Source: Laetmonice hystrix (taxonomy: Eukaryota). From it: a stretch of DNA of 64,000 bases. Position 1 is the first letter of the stretch, and each line of letters opens with the position of its first letter. Where the stretch lies: positions 24,180,001 through 24,244,000 of the forward strand of contig OZ249446.1 in the NCBI GenBank assembly GCA_965235115.1. The letters are read 5' to 3'. This document shows positions 34,381 through 48,300 of the stretch, in pieces. The notes beneath the pieces were generated by a model, which was not told where the DNA came from, made no database searches, and saw only the letters and a program-made list of their open reading frames with translations. The position numbers were made by a program, and so were the translations under genes.

Positions 34381-36300
34381 TTGACAAAACAAAGGGGACT
34401 GAATGTCGGATCAATATAACTGTGATAAACCTGTCACTGGCCTTTAGAGCCTCGTATACATAAGAGCTTAATGAACAATATTAAAGCTGAACTCGGCACG
34501 TATATAATGTGCAATATTGTATAGGCAGTAACTTATATGCAAGTATAGTTTAAATGCGTTTTTATACACACGTGGTAAGACATTTGCAAGCAGGTAGAGA
34601 CAGACGATTCCAAGACAAACTTGATGAAAGTCGTTCCTAGAATTAAAAAAGTCATCATGGTGTAGATACTCTATAAATATTACATTTTTAAAAGTAAAAG
34701 AAAGTTAAAATGTAAAACTGGAGCTGTACCAGAATAATTATTTTTTTTTTTAAAGAAAAAAGGCTATATAATTAGAATGCAACTGTTTTTAGTGACATTC
34801 GCATTTATCATGTCGAAGGAAATAGGTGTTCTATAGAGAAAAAAATACATATTACATGTTTTATAACGGTAATCATTACAAAGTGGGATTTACGTATAAA
34901 GGCTCCATGGAAAGGCTGTTCATCCCAACAGTTTATAATGGTTGCTATTTTAAATATAAACAGAAATTGAACACGTTTGTGCAGAGCTTTTACATTAAAA
35001 AAGGATGCGTCCTTTGCTATGTTCTTCACGTGGATAATAGATTTGGAGTTGAATTCTTGATATTCATTTGTACAATTTTATTTTCCATTGACGATATACA
35101 ATAATCACAGACGTTTAAATGATTTTCTACACTACAACATAACGGAGGATAACAAACACAATATTCAAATCTTGTATTGTCTGCAGTCAGATTCTCTGGG
35201 AGGGGGTTGGGAGGGCGGCTTTATGTGAGAAATAAAGTTAAACAGGCATGGGAACAGTCATGATATCTGGTGGCTGAACACGGTATTGATATTCTCTATT
35301 GAATTCAATGTTAAATTGATCAGTTTTTGCCCATCATTTTCTCGAAAATTAGAATGGAAATTATTTTGAAGCTAATGCCATGAGTATGTTATACACCCAA
35401 AAATATCATTTTGGTATCACTTTTAATTGTTGGTATATCACGCCAGTTTAACTGTAAAATTGATAAAGATTTGCCCATCATTTTTCTAGAAAATTGGAAT
35501 AGAAACCTATCATTTTAAGGCTTTATTTTGAAGTGTGTACAATGACTATGCTATAGACACACAATTAGAATGTTACTATTACTTTTAATTTCACGCCCGT
35601 TTCACTTTAAGTTGTAAAGGTCTGTACAGGGCTACAGACCTAAGCTCTGCAGTAAAATAAAATTAAAATATATTTAGAATCCTATAGGTCCATTTCACCA
35701 GATGCTGTATCTTTAATTTTTTAAAAATAAAATGGAAGGATTTCTTTTTTACTGATCGTTTGTATAGCGGATATCAGTTTTTGTAATGGGGGGTTGGCTC
35801 CATTGTCAGCGCGATGAAAAAATGATCCGATTATTTGATCCGTGTAAATGATTTTTAGAATGTGTTCTCTTTAAAATGCGTATCACAAATCCTATAAATA
35901 AATAGTTACATATAATGAACATAAATAGATTAGTAATGATAAAATAATGGGATGGCTGCATACGATGAATATGTCGCGCATGTCGTCTTGACGCCATTTT
36001 TCGTGTCAATCCTATTCAATACAAACACAAATCTATAATAAATAATTTAATAACATGACTCGATGCCAAACCATGAATTGTAATTTGAAGAACATGGTTT
36101 CAGTTGCCGTTCCAGAGGCCAATATACAATTACGCCTTGTTAATCCATGGTTCTGGCATCCGTAGGGCCACACGCCCAAGTATAACGTTGTGTCTAACGT
36201 GACTTGGTAGTCCATGCCACAACCCGGATACACGAGGTCGGACCGGAAGGTCGATGTCGTGGTGGTGGTACGTAGTTCACAAACCGGCCGCTAGGAGGTG

Positions 36301-39300
36301 TCACTGTATGGAAGGAAAACCGCCGGAGATTGCCCGTCGTTTTACTCCAAGACTTTCCCATTTAATCCACGCCAGTCTCGCCGTCAAGTCTAGATCAGAG
36401 ACAAACAAAGCCAATAAGAAGTAATAGAACGTAAACAAAGCTGATACAAGGTCTCCAACCCTCCTCTATAGACATGTAGGCCAAGAAAGGGTGAGATCTA
36501 AGAATTGACAAAATCGGATGTAAAATTAAATAGTTACAAAAAATACCCGTCGACATCGGTTTATTGTGATTATTGCGACACATTCCCGGACTTATGTGCC
36601 ATCCTAACCATTTTTAAGTAATTTAGGCGCATTTTTGGTGTCGCGGATGCTCATTTCCCCTATTATCGCCCACGCGGAGCAAACCGACGACACACACTGC
36701 ACAGTCACAACAACATGACACTGTGTACGGAGCCTGATTCCAACACAATTTATTGATCAAATCAATTTATAAATCCAGATTATTTGCCTTTGACTAGAAT
36801 TTTGTATTACTATTAGATCGAACAGCCAAACGTATTTTTGTACTCTGGTCACCAGGTGGCAGTAGCTACAAAGAGCAGTTGAGGATTCTACGGTATCCTC
36901 AAGAGGGCAGCAGCAGGCACCAGCATGGGCCCCGACTTCGGCATTATTTGCCTATTCTAGGCTATTGTATTGACAATTTATTTTTGCACCGCGTAGATTC
37001 CATATGCATATGGGCGTCGGAACCAAGAGACGGGCCCCCCCCCCCTTGTGATCCAAGTGGGGGCCGCCCCCCCTCCCGCACTGAAACTCACTCAGCCATT
37101 TTTATCAGCAATTATTTTTGTTAATGATTGACTTTGGCCAGAACAGGCCACCCCCCCTCCTGCCCGTCCCCCTTAAAAAAACTATATTGGGACCCCCCTC
37201 CCGTCCATCCCCCTAGAAAAATTATATTGGGACGCTACTGAAACGTATTAATTACCCCACCCATGTCTGGCCATGAAAGAAGCAATGCCAAGATTTTGAG
37301 GGTTCATTGGATTTAGGCCGACTGATGAAGCAGAGGCTGTTTGATAATACTTCCATGAGCCTACTCGTCCCAACTTTGTTTTTAAAAAGGTTTGTCTCCA
37401 TAACAAGTCTTTCTTAATACGGTTATTAATATTATCCATTGGAGGAACGTATTTAACAATTTATTCTTTAATTCAAACTAACCGAAGCTATAGTTTCTTT
37501 TTCTTTATTAAACTTTGTAGGGAGGACATGTCAACTATGCTGAGTGAAACTGAAAGCACGATAACAGGCGGAAAGTTGCTAACATTAAATTAAAATAAAT
37601 CCCATTGAAGCATTTCTTATGCGAGAAAGAATAACGGCTCCCTCATGATTTAAAGATCTTGCTTCAATTAAAAAAAAAGTTGTTTTATCTGACTAGAAAT
37701 GATATAAAGCAACCAATACCATAACATACACAATTTTTGTATATTTTCCTTTATTATCAAAAAGACACTACTGCTTCCTCACACACTTCCTTAAAACGTG
37801 TGGAAACTTACCTAATTCAACGTTGGTCGACTACAATCGACATCTTGATAAGCCAATCATTATACCAGAGTAAAAATAAGAGTTACTTGCCTTATTGATA
37901 TTGGTGATGACTCCAGCCAATCAGAGGTCCTAAGCAGAGCTTAAGTTTAGATGCTAACCTTTCTGAAACCAGGCCCAGGACTAAGTTGCAAAATTTTGGA
38001 GTCTACTGGATCTCGCTAGGATTTCAGAGGTTTGATTAGCCACATTTATGACCCATTAGCCACAAAAGTCATTTGGTAAAAAGTTGTATTTCCCCATGTT
38101 CATGACTTAAGACGTGGCATTACATGAGGAGTTTGTGACAAAAGTCTGCAACTATTGGTGGGGTCAGGGAGACAAAAGCCACATTAGTGGTTCAGCGGCA
38201 GTGAGAAACATTGCTGGGCTGGCACCATGTGACCCCTGCTATATTATAGCAGGCGCGTTGGTCGTGTGTATGCGTGTGTGATGTTTTTCTTCAGATGCAC
38301 GGGCATTAAGCATAACCAGTTTCTATGAAAATGTCCGGAAAGATAAACGTTGTATAGTCCTAAACTGGAATTGAACCCCGGCCCCAAGATTACAACACCC
38401 ATTTGCTATATCATAATATCAACGCCCATGCCCACTCGGCCACAGCCACTTCCCTAAAAAGGAAGCTTTGGCAGAACAATGGACCTTCCCCCCCCCCCCT
38501 ACACACATCTTCCGAGATGAGATGGAATCCATGCTTCAATAATGAGAAAAACCTGCACCTATTTTTAAACAATGGCTGATGTGAAACAACAAATCTATTT
38601 TCCTTGGTCTAAATTCCATGACTTTCCCATGATATTTTTCATGACATTAATTTTGTGCCCAATTTCCATGACCTTTTAATAACTTTCAGAGTGAGCCCAA
38701 GGTTGACCAGTTTAGTTAAAGCTATCTTTAATTCTGAAAATTTTGCAGCACCTTGAATTTTGCAATGATACATGTCATATTTTAAACCAGGCATGAGAGT
38801 GACAACTGGACAAAAAAATCTGAAAATTCCCGAGGACGTTGGCAAATTCTGAAATGGACACATTTACCCTTCCTCCATCACCCATATCTCAACGGATTGA
38901 CCACAGATTTACAGAGCCTGTCTTTTGGCAGGTGCCATGGCCTGACCTGCCTACCCTGTTTTCAACAATGGTGTACAATGACCCTTCAAAAAGCATAAAT
39001 TTGGATATTGTGGTGTACAATATGTGAATATTATTGTATAATGACCACAAACACTGTTTAAACAGCTAATATGATGAATATACGCGGCTGTCGATAGCAT
39101 GCCATAGTGTCCCCTGCTAAAACACATCCACGGAGACAACAGAAAGACTTGAGTGATCAGCCAATGCTGGGATTGAAGATTGGAACAACTCCAAAGAATT
39201 CTTTTTTATCAAGACAATAACTTTCATTATGATATTTAGAAATTTTACAAATTTAACATTTAATCAATTGGGGTGCCAATAAGGGTGGTATTGTAGGTTC

Positions 39301-42300
39301 TTTCAATTGTATGACATTTGCAAAAGCGGAAATTAAATGCATAAATCATACAGCATAGAAACGGATTCAAAAATCGTCCATGGTATGCCAGAATCATACA
39401 AGTAGGCAGGTCTGCATGGCGCTTGCACCCATGAGCACCTGTGATTGTGAGGTCACGGGTGCTGTTTGTGGCACCAGTCTTGATTCTAGTTCTACTATCC
39501 AATAATATTATTCAGTTTGTTTTTTGTTCTTTTTGAAAGTAGAAGAATAGTCCAGTAAATACACAAGGACTGAGAAGTATCAAATTCACAGTTGCTGTCA
39601 TCTTGTCTATGATAAACAACCATGAACTTCAGTGAGAAATGATAATAACTGAACTATAAATTAGCAATTTGTGTGTGTGTGTGTGGGGGGGGTATTTTTA
39701 TTGTATGTAAATTAATTTTTATAGGTATATACTTTATAGAATCAACAAAACATGCATGCTCAAGAATGTCTGAAATACTCATTCCAAGCATCTTTTGCCA
39801 GGCACCCAGCCTAGAGAGATAGCCTCTTATAGTTTATGGTGCCCGTCTTTACTTTCCAGAATCAATGATGGCTTTTGTGCCATTTTCAAAAGACAGGGTC
39901 TGAATATAAAAAAAACGGAATTCCTGGGATAATCAGACTCAGAGCACTCCCATGCCTGTTAAACATGGTAAAGAGAAAAGTATAAACACGTAACAATAGT
40001 GGTGAACATGAATTAATCTATTGGTGTATTTTCTTAAGTTATTTAAATAAAAGGACTGGTGAACCCAAGAGCAGGACTGGTAAATTTTCTGAGTTACTGG
40101 TCCTGGACTAGTGACGGGCTGTCCATAAATGACGTCATATTTTGGGGCCATTTTTGACCCCCCCCCCTCCCCCCACCCCATGTCATGCTTCGTCATGCTG
40201 TTCCAGATCCCCCTAAAAATGATGTCATGTGTCCAGTAAACCCCCCCCCCCCCTTGAAGTACAGTCTACAGATACATACAATAGTTACTCAGAATAGTAA
40301 GAATATATGTGTTTAACATCACATTAGGCACTCAGAATGCCACCTGTAGATTGCTTTATTTTTAATATCTATTTTAATACTATAGATTTCCAAGACAGGA
40401 GATTATTTTAATTATTTTTACTTTTAAAATAGAAACTTCAAACAATGCCAAGTCACGTGAGTGGCCTGAGACAGTGAGAGCCACTAACCTAGAGGCTAGA
40501 GTGGCTAAACTAAAAAATTGAGACATGACATCATACATGAGCTGACCCCCCCCCCCCCCCCTTGTCATACCTTGTCATAAAATCCCAACCCCCCCACTCC
40601 CCCCTAGGCCATGACGTCATTTATGGACAGCCCCCCCCCCCCCAACCTGCTTGGCCTGTGACAGCAGGGCCGGATCCAGGGGGGGGGGGGAGGCGTGGGG
40701 GGCGTACGCCCCCCTATTTTTGGCAGAGTAATGATTTTTTGAGACTGGAATTTTACCAGTACTTTGTCCCCTGAAAAAAAGGAACAGGGCCCGGTTTTTA
40801 AAACATTTGCTTAAACTTAAGCTTAAATATGGCTGCCCTTTGCTTACCTGAGCATTTGCTTAAGTCCGGTTTTTAAAACCTTGCTTAGGCCTTGCTTACG
40901 TAAGATCATCACGGAAACGAGAAGAGCTGTTCCATGAAGAATCAGAACCCCCCCAGTAAAGCCAATGGGAGAGAGGGACAGGTGGCACTATTTCAATTTC
41001 TGATAGAGTAGGCCTAATGATGCTCCATAGAACTGTTGATACTGATGAAAGTGACCATTCGGTGCTCATGATGCGCCAAATTACCGGGAGTGGTGAAGGC
41101 AGGTTTATATTATTTACCGTCAATGCGACGGGTGCAGATTTTGCCTAGAATGGCGTAAACTTGACCCAATTTTACGCTCGATTATAGTTTACGTCACAAA
41201 CGACAATGATTGTGCTCAACTGCGACTGGCATAGATTTGACCCTGACTGTGACGTTTTGACAGTGGCTTGTTTAGACGTCCCGTGGAGCTTTCTTTCACC
41301 ACAAACACCCAATAATGAGACTGGCATCACGGTAAACATGATCTTGTCTTTGCTATCCTATACATTTAAAGTGCTATTTATTTAAAATTATCACTCTACT
41401 GTCTAGTCTTTATTGGGGACTCTTGTCTTGCTTAACTTTTAAGTCTGGTAGGGAGCTTGCTTAAATCTCACACTATTTAAGCTGAAGCAAGCTTGCTTAA
41501 GTGGTTTCAAAAACCGGCATAAGCAAGGTCTCTTGCTTAAACTTAAAGTTAAGCTTAAGCAAGCTGCTTAACTTGTTTTAAAAACCGGGCCCAGTTCTTT
41601 TCTCAGATCCCGGGAAAATGCATCTGACAAACATGAATTTTCAAATTTTTCTGGGGGAGGTCCCCCAGACCACCCCTAGGGCTTTGCGTCCTTCGCCGCT
41701 CGCAATCTTATCCAGGGGCTACGCCCCCCCCCCCCCCTTCTAAGAATCCTGGATCCGGCCCTGGACAGGTTGACACGGGTCGGACGGCAGGCACGGACGG
41801 TGTTGTCGGCAGTGTCCGGCTGCATCTCCGCTGGGGCTGCCGTAACGACGAACGGGTGGGTCGGCGGTGTTGTCAAGCTACACTCGGGGCAACGGTAACA
41901 TGTGGCTCCTGGCATTGCAACCAGTTTTATGGCACACGGAACAAGACATTGTTCCAGCTTACTATAATACACCGGGTAACATCCAACATATCATGAGGAG
42001 GGCCCAACAGGGTCGACCAAATCGAGGACAGAATGTCGGCTGGATGGGCGTGGCCTATTCCGTATAGATCTTCCGCTTCCCGCCAAAAATATTTTGCTAA
42101 ACTTATCTCTGTTGTCAGTGCCATAGCATAAGGACTCGCAAGACTACTTACCTGTACCTTAGAGAACGATCTGCAACACTGATATTAACTGTTACAATTC
42201 TCCCTTTGCCGGCTTTGGGAAAATATTCGACAACAAACCACATCAGTCTGGTCAGGCTCATCAAAATTCCACTGCCACTGTCACTGACACTGTGTGTGAA

Positions 42301-45300
42301 GACAAGCCGCTCGGGCAGAATTCGATCACACGAAGAACGGTGATTACACGGGAGAGCCCGAATAACGACTTGCAAAAAGTCAATAGATACTTACTTCAAG
42401 TTCTTGCTTAGCATTTAAAACCCAAAATTACTCTGAGACTGCGTTTAGAAATCAATGACACCGCAAAGCCCGCAAGACCCCCATGAGCCCGCACCGTCAC
42501 GTTCTACTTTGACAGCCATCAACTTTCCCCGTCGACCAATAGGAATATTTCGCCGGTCCTTGACCCAAGGTCTTGACATTCAAGACACACCCCCGGATGT
42601 GGATATTGTGACCTTTGACACACTTTCAAGTATTTATACATTTACATTTTGCGACTACTGAACACTTTATTAGGAAAAATTGAATGGATGAAGACGCCTG
42701 AAAGTTTAGATTTGTGCGGTGGCGGTAGAACACAGGGCCACCATCTTTGTCGCCACGTGCGTTGACGTTTCGATCGGTAAAAAAACACGAATTTTCGGAC
42801 TTTTGCGATCAATGTTCAAACTCGCGCTGTCAGATTATTATTAGGGTTTTGTCGGAAAGACTGACACCACCGGAAAGAGAATTTTATTGGGGACACAATG
42901 ATGTTATATTTATGCACCAATTCATCAGCAGGAAAAAAAATGTCACTGGCTGAAAAAAAGACCTTCAATGTTTCGGCAAATGTTTGGGTCGATTTTTCAT
43001 GTTGACAACCGCACAATTATTATGAAACCTTCATGAATGATTATAAAACCTTAACCAGGTTTTAGTTCATTTTCTTGCAAACAAAATGGTATATAGATGT
43101 TCACGATTGGCCTATAAAAAGTGCATCTCGTCAGTTAAACCGCAAAATACGTTTTGTCAAAACATTTGATCTCACCCTTTCTTGGACGTCACATCTATAG
43201 ATCTATGTCCTATTTTATTCTGTATTATTTATTTATAGGATCCTGTAAAACTCCTATTTTGAAATTCAGTTCATCTATTTCATTCAATGTCAAAATGCCG
43301 ATGAATATATCATACTTATATATGAATACGTTTTTTTCTGAGCTATAGACTTCTACTTGTAGCGAAGCCTAATATAATATTCATCATGGTGATGCTCTGA
43401 ATATGACAGATCTGTACCATGCATGAATGACTGTAGACAGAGTATCTGTAGTACCGTATAAAGAGACGGACGTCACTTAGTGCAAGTTCCTGGAGTGTTC
43501 GGTCAAATCATCCAACCACCATGAAAAACCCTCCCCTGCCCATAATGTCTGGACTGAATATTGATATACACGCTTAAAGTAACTTATCTCACTTATTTCC
43601 AAGTTTGGAAAGCACAACGAGACATAATAACGGCAGTACAAAGTCTGGAATCGATGAATTTCGCTCTCTGCCTATCGCGGCCATTTTGACCTCCCGGGTC
43701 AGGGAGTAGCCTGGTACCCTGCCTAACAGACGCGTCCGCTATGTTACGACATAACGTAAAGCAGGGGATCTTGCTAGGTCAGAGAGATGCATGCTGGGAC
43801 ATCAACAGGCAACGGAAGCCGCAGCTGTACAACACTTCGGAATTTGATGTTTTATCATTAAAATACTTGTCGGGTCACTAAAAGAAGACGTGGCCCGTGA
43901 TAAATGGATGCCGGTGAGTTGATCGGTACATGAATTTGTGTTGCCAATGACACACCAATTTTTAACATTGAGTGGTCGTAAGCCTCACTGGCTGAGGCTT
44001 ACTACGTAGGCTAGAGTGACTGGAGATGATACAAGATGGACGGCATGCAACCCTTTGCATGAGAACCATGATATACTGGTGGTATGTTGTATCTTGTTGA
44101 CATTTAAGCTAAGGAAATGCCATATAGAGCAGCCGATTTTGTATGGAGATTAAATATAAAATAATTTTGAATAGTTCAAACATCCTTAGAAATATCTTAT
44201 TCCTGGATATTTTGCTTTTAAATTTCCTCGTCAATCAGTGTAGCAGATGGTGGGCCCTACCGTAAAATAGGATTAAAAACATTATTCTAAACCATGAAGA
44301 ATAAATGAGCTCTACCTGTATAATTATATAAGTTAATGAATGTATAGCAAGCCGTCTGAACCAGCTGATACAATATCCGGCTAGGTTGATACAATAGTTA
44401 CCTGTCTAATACAGAGTGCTACCCCCACCGTGCAGCTTCAGCAATTATTAATACTGCAGATCTTCGTTATTAGATCGGCGTCACTTTCACACTAGAAATA
44501 TTTCTCACTAGTAAAATCCCTCCGCTTTATAGAGGATGCTATATTATGTTGAAATACTAATACATTTGGTATATTAATTGATATAGGCCTATTAGATATA
44601 TTAGATACTGCATGGCGGGGAGCTCTTGTGTTACGTTCGTTTTAGGAATACCCTGTATATCTTAACCAGAAACGGTAGTTTTGGGGACTGTCTAAAAAAG
44701 TGCCCAGAAACTGGACCGGGGGGGGGGGGGGTTCCTGGAAGTAACCAACGTCGTAGTCTTATTTTACGGTTTCTACGAAGCAACAAGCGCACACAAAAAG
44801 AATGGGCAAATTGAGGGGACCTCAAGCACCCCCCCTGGGTACGACACTGGGACTTGGATGTTGTTGTTTTAAAATGACACAAAGGCGGGGGGGGGGACAA
44901 CAACATCATATTAGGGGTAGTAGCCCCCACCCCACCCCCCGCCCACCCAAAAGAAAAATGAGCTCAGAAACATTACCATATCGTGAAAGAACTATATTTG
45001 TGTTTTTGAGTATTTTTGGGTGAGTTGTAATCTTGGAGTAGCTGACTCACCGCTTGTGTTCCATATGATGGTGTTCCGGGCGTTTGACCCGGTTGACCTC
45101 AGACAGTGCTCGATATGCTCCAGTGGCGCCCTGTGTGACGTCAGCAAGTCTCGTAATAACGCGATGTAAGCGATGGCCAGGCGTAACGTGTCGATCTTTG
45201 ACAATCGTTTCTCTGAATCAGACAACCACCGCGGTTAGATACTCGGCAAGACAATGTGTCATTATTAATAATTTTATCAAATATATCCAATAAAACAATT

Positions 45301-48300
45301 CCTTGACCACTCTGACTAAATGTGCTCCTCGAGAAATTCGTATTGACCTGCAATATGAATGTGTACGGAGCCCTGCTGGGGACAATAAAGAAAACAAATC
45401 GTTTCAGAGAAAATAAAAAATGACGTCACTATATAAGTGGTAATTTCGAGATCACCACAAAACCTTTCCTCTGAAACGAACGCGATTAACTCAAAATTAC
45501 CACTTAGTGACGTCATTAAGTCGTAATAACGAGTTAATGACGTCACTAAGTGGTAACTTTGAGATCACCACAATTGTTTTTCACTTCATGTCCCCAACAG
45601 GGCTCCGTAAATTTGTGACTTTATTCGGACGATTCATGGTCACGTGATAGCTAACCGAAAGACCGCGATAGGGAAAGCGTAGCGGTCATACAGTGATTAT
45701 GTTTGTAAGGTATTTTCAAAAAGGGTTTGAATATTGTGAGTTACATACGCCGTATGAACTCTGAACATACAGCAGTGCGTGCAGAAGTGGAGAAAATTTA
45801 ACTACCATGCATGCCCACGAAGCAGGGACGTATACATGAACGTATTCAGCTATACAACATTGACTGTGAATATTCAGTCTTCACCTATTGGAAAAAAGTA
45901 ACTGGACTTCTGTTATTAGGCGTAGGCCTATATTTGAATCATGACTCGTTCATGCGTCGAATATTTGACTGCCCACTGTCAACCGTTTGAAGCTGATTTC
46001 CCTCCGCTCAAATTTAAAGGTGCTATTCGTGAACAAAAATTCAATTTTTTTATTTTTAATTTTGTTGACGTTTATGTGATCCCACCTATCATGGAAATAG
46101 ATTCACAACAAAGGAAATCAAAATTTTTCATGGATAACGGCACAAATGGGGCTCTCTCAGAAGGCCTGTGGAGACCCTGACACGCCCCACCATAGGAAAT
46201 GGCTCTATCTCGGTGCGCACCGAGATAGGTTTCAAATGCTGCATACAAACTAATAGAAGGTTTATCAGGCCAATGGTATCGGTAGGAATTTTTTCTAGTA
46301 CTATGTGCACAATGTATGATAGGAGAAATGCCATTCTGTGCGAGACGAATAGCACCTTTAAAAGGCCAGTAGCCAGCCCGGCTTCCTTTGATCCCTAAAG
46401 GCTTAGAAAAACATGGGTCGAGCGTCAAGCGTCATTTTGAAAATGACGCTCTGAATGCTCAGTATGAAAGCGTTGTTTTTTGACGCGCCGCCCATATGTG
46501 AACAGTGTAATAGAAATCTATGCTGAGCATTTAGAGCGTCATTTCCAAAATGACGCTTGACGCTCGACGCTTGCCGCTTGACGCCCATGTGTGTCTAGGC
46601 CGTAAGACTTGATCTGAACGTACCGTAGGGGAAGGTAGGGACGTGAAGTCGGAGCTCCTCAAAGGCTGAGTTAATACTCATCATTCTCTTCCTCTCTCGT
46701 ATATTGGCGGCGTGTCGCTGGACCCTGTGAACAGACAGGAATATACGGTCACACACATACACACACAGTTCAGGATATACGCTGGTATTGTTCTTATATA
46801 GCGGGATCAGATATTCTCTAAATACACAATACTATATCTACTCTAGTTTCCATTTGTATCTCCATTTGTCTTCTACTTCGTATTTTCTCCACCATACCTT
46901 CGCCACCATACCTTATGTAACGTATTTATTGTAAGGAACTCGAATATTTCATCTGAGTCCAGAGCAGAAGGGACAGAAGGCCGGATACTTAATCCGAGTC
47001 CCTTTATACTGGAGCAAAGTTATGTTATAAAAAATTGTAACCTATAATCAAATTCTGGGACATGAAGTTAGGCGCTCGCGACCGGGATATAGGGAACTAT
47101 ATAGGCCTATGTTGTAGATTTCGGAGTGCCTGCCCTCCTCTGCACATCTATTTGGACTGAATGAGATTTCGTTTTTCACTTTATTTGTGCCATGCCTAAT
47201 ATGTAAGTATAGAAAGTTCATACATTCCTTGTAATTTGGAATTCAGTGACAGATAATTATTACCTTCGCAACTAATAGTTGAGTGGGACAAAGCAGGGGG
47301 TGTCTACTATAAGGTGCGCACCGAATGAGAGGTCTGGGGCCATTTTATACAGGAATCCTTAATTTTATCAAATTTCTATTTAAGCAATTCAGCTGGCGGG
47401 TTAATCACCCCCCCCCCCCCTCCCGGACCCGTCATGAGTAGCGTTGGGAGTATACTATAGCAAAAATTTAGAAGAATGTCAATTTTTCGTAATAATTATA
47501 CTGTATAGGTTCTGAAGAAGCGTTTTCAAATGCTCCAAAGATGCTCCTAAATTCCCGTTTCCATATACTACTCACAAGTTGGAATGGTTGCATGGGCCAC
47601 ATGACATGTCGAAGCTAAGTTAAGACACAAATACAGCTTGTCAGAGCTTGTCAAAATATTATTTTTCTATAATGTTAGATTGTGGTATGTAGCCTGGCCT
47701 ATACTCACCCGCTGCCTAGATCATTCTGACCACATCTGAAAGAGTAGACATTTGGCCTGTTAAATGCTGAGTTATTATTCGATCCTTCATTTTTAAATCT
47801 CTGCGCTCCTTATATTGTAATATTCTAATTGTAATATTGTGATGACAAAACATACATGATCTAGTGAGAAGTAAGCTACCTTTCGAAAATAGCGGATTGA
47901 GTTGAATTTTACGACCTTTAGCTCGGAAATAGCTATAGCTATAGCTATCAGGAGGAAACCATTTTGTCTCTCTTGTGTAGAATGTATTGTAAGTAAATTG
48001 TAAATGAATTCGTTAATAGTAATATAATTTAATCATTTGAAACAGCTTAGGTTTACCTATAGAGGTTATCATCGGAGCTCGCGGTCGAGGGTGGCCGGCC
48101 CGGCGCCCCGCCCCCGGCACCACCTCCAAGTCCCCGGTCGTCGTAGCCGCACATGCCGGGCGCGGAGCCGTAATCTCCGTACCCTGCACCGACCATGAGC
48201 CCGGCCTCCTCGTACCCGACCCCATGGCCGCCGTCCACGGGTCCCGGGCAGTACTCGGCCGGGCCGCCGTAGACCTCCCCACCCCCGCCGTCCGTGGTCA

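Noticed and set aside
43680-44070. Possible THAP remnant on the plus strand (..VARDKW..)
   Set aside because: Only a few residues match; too degenerate to support.
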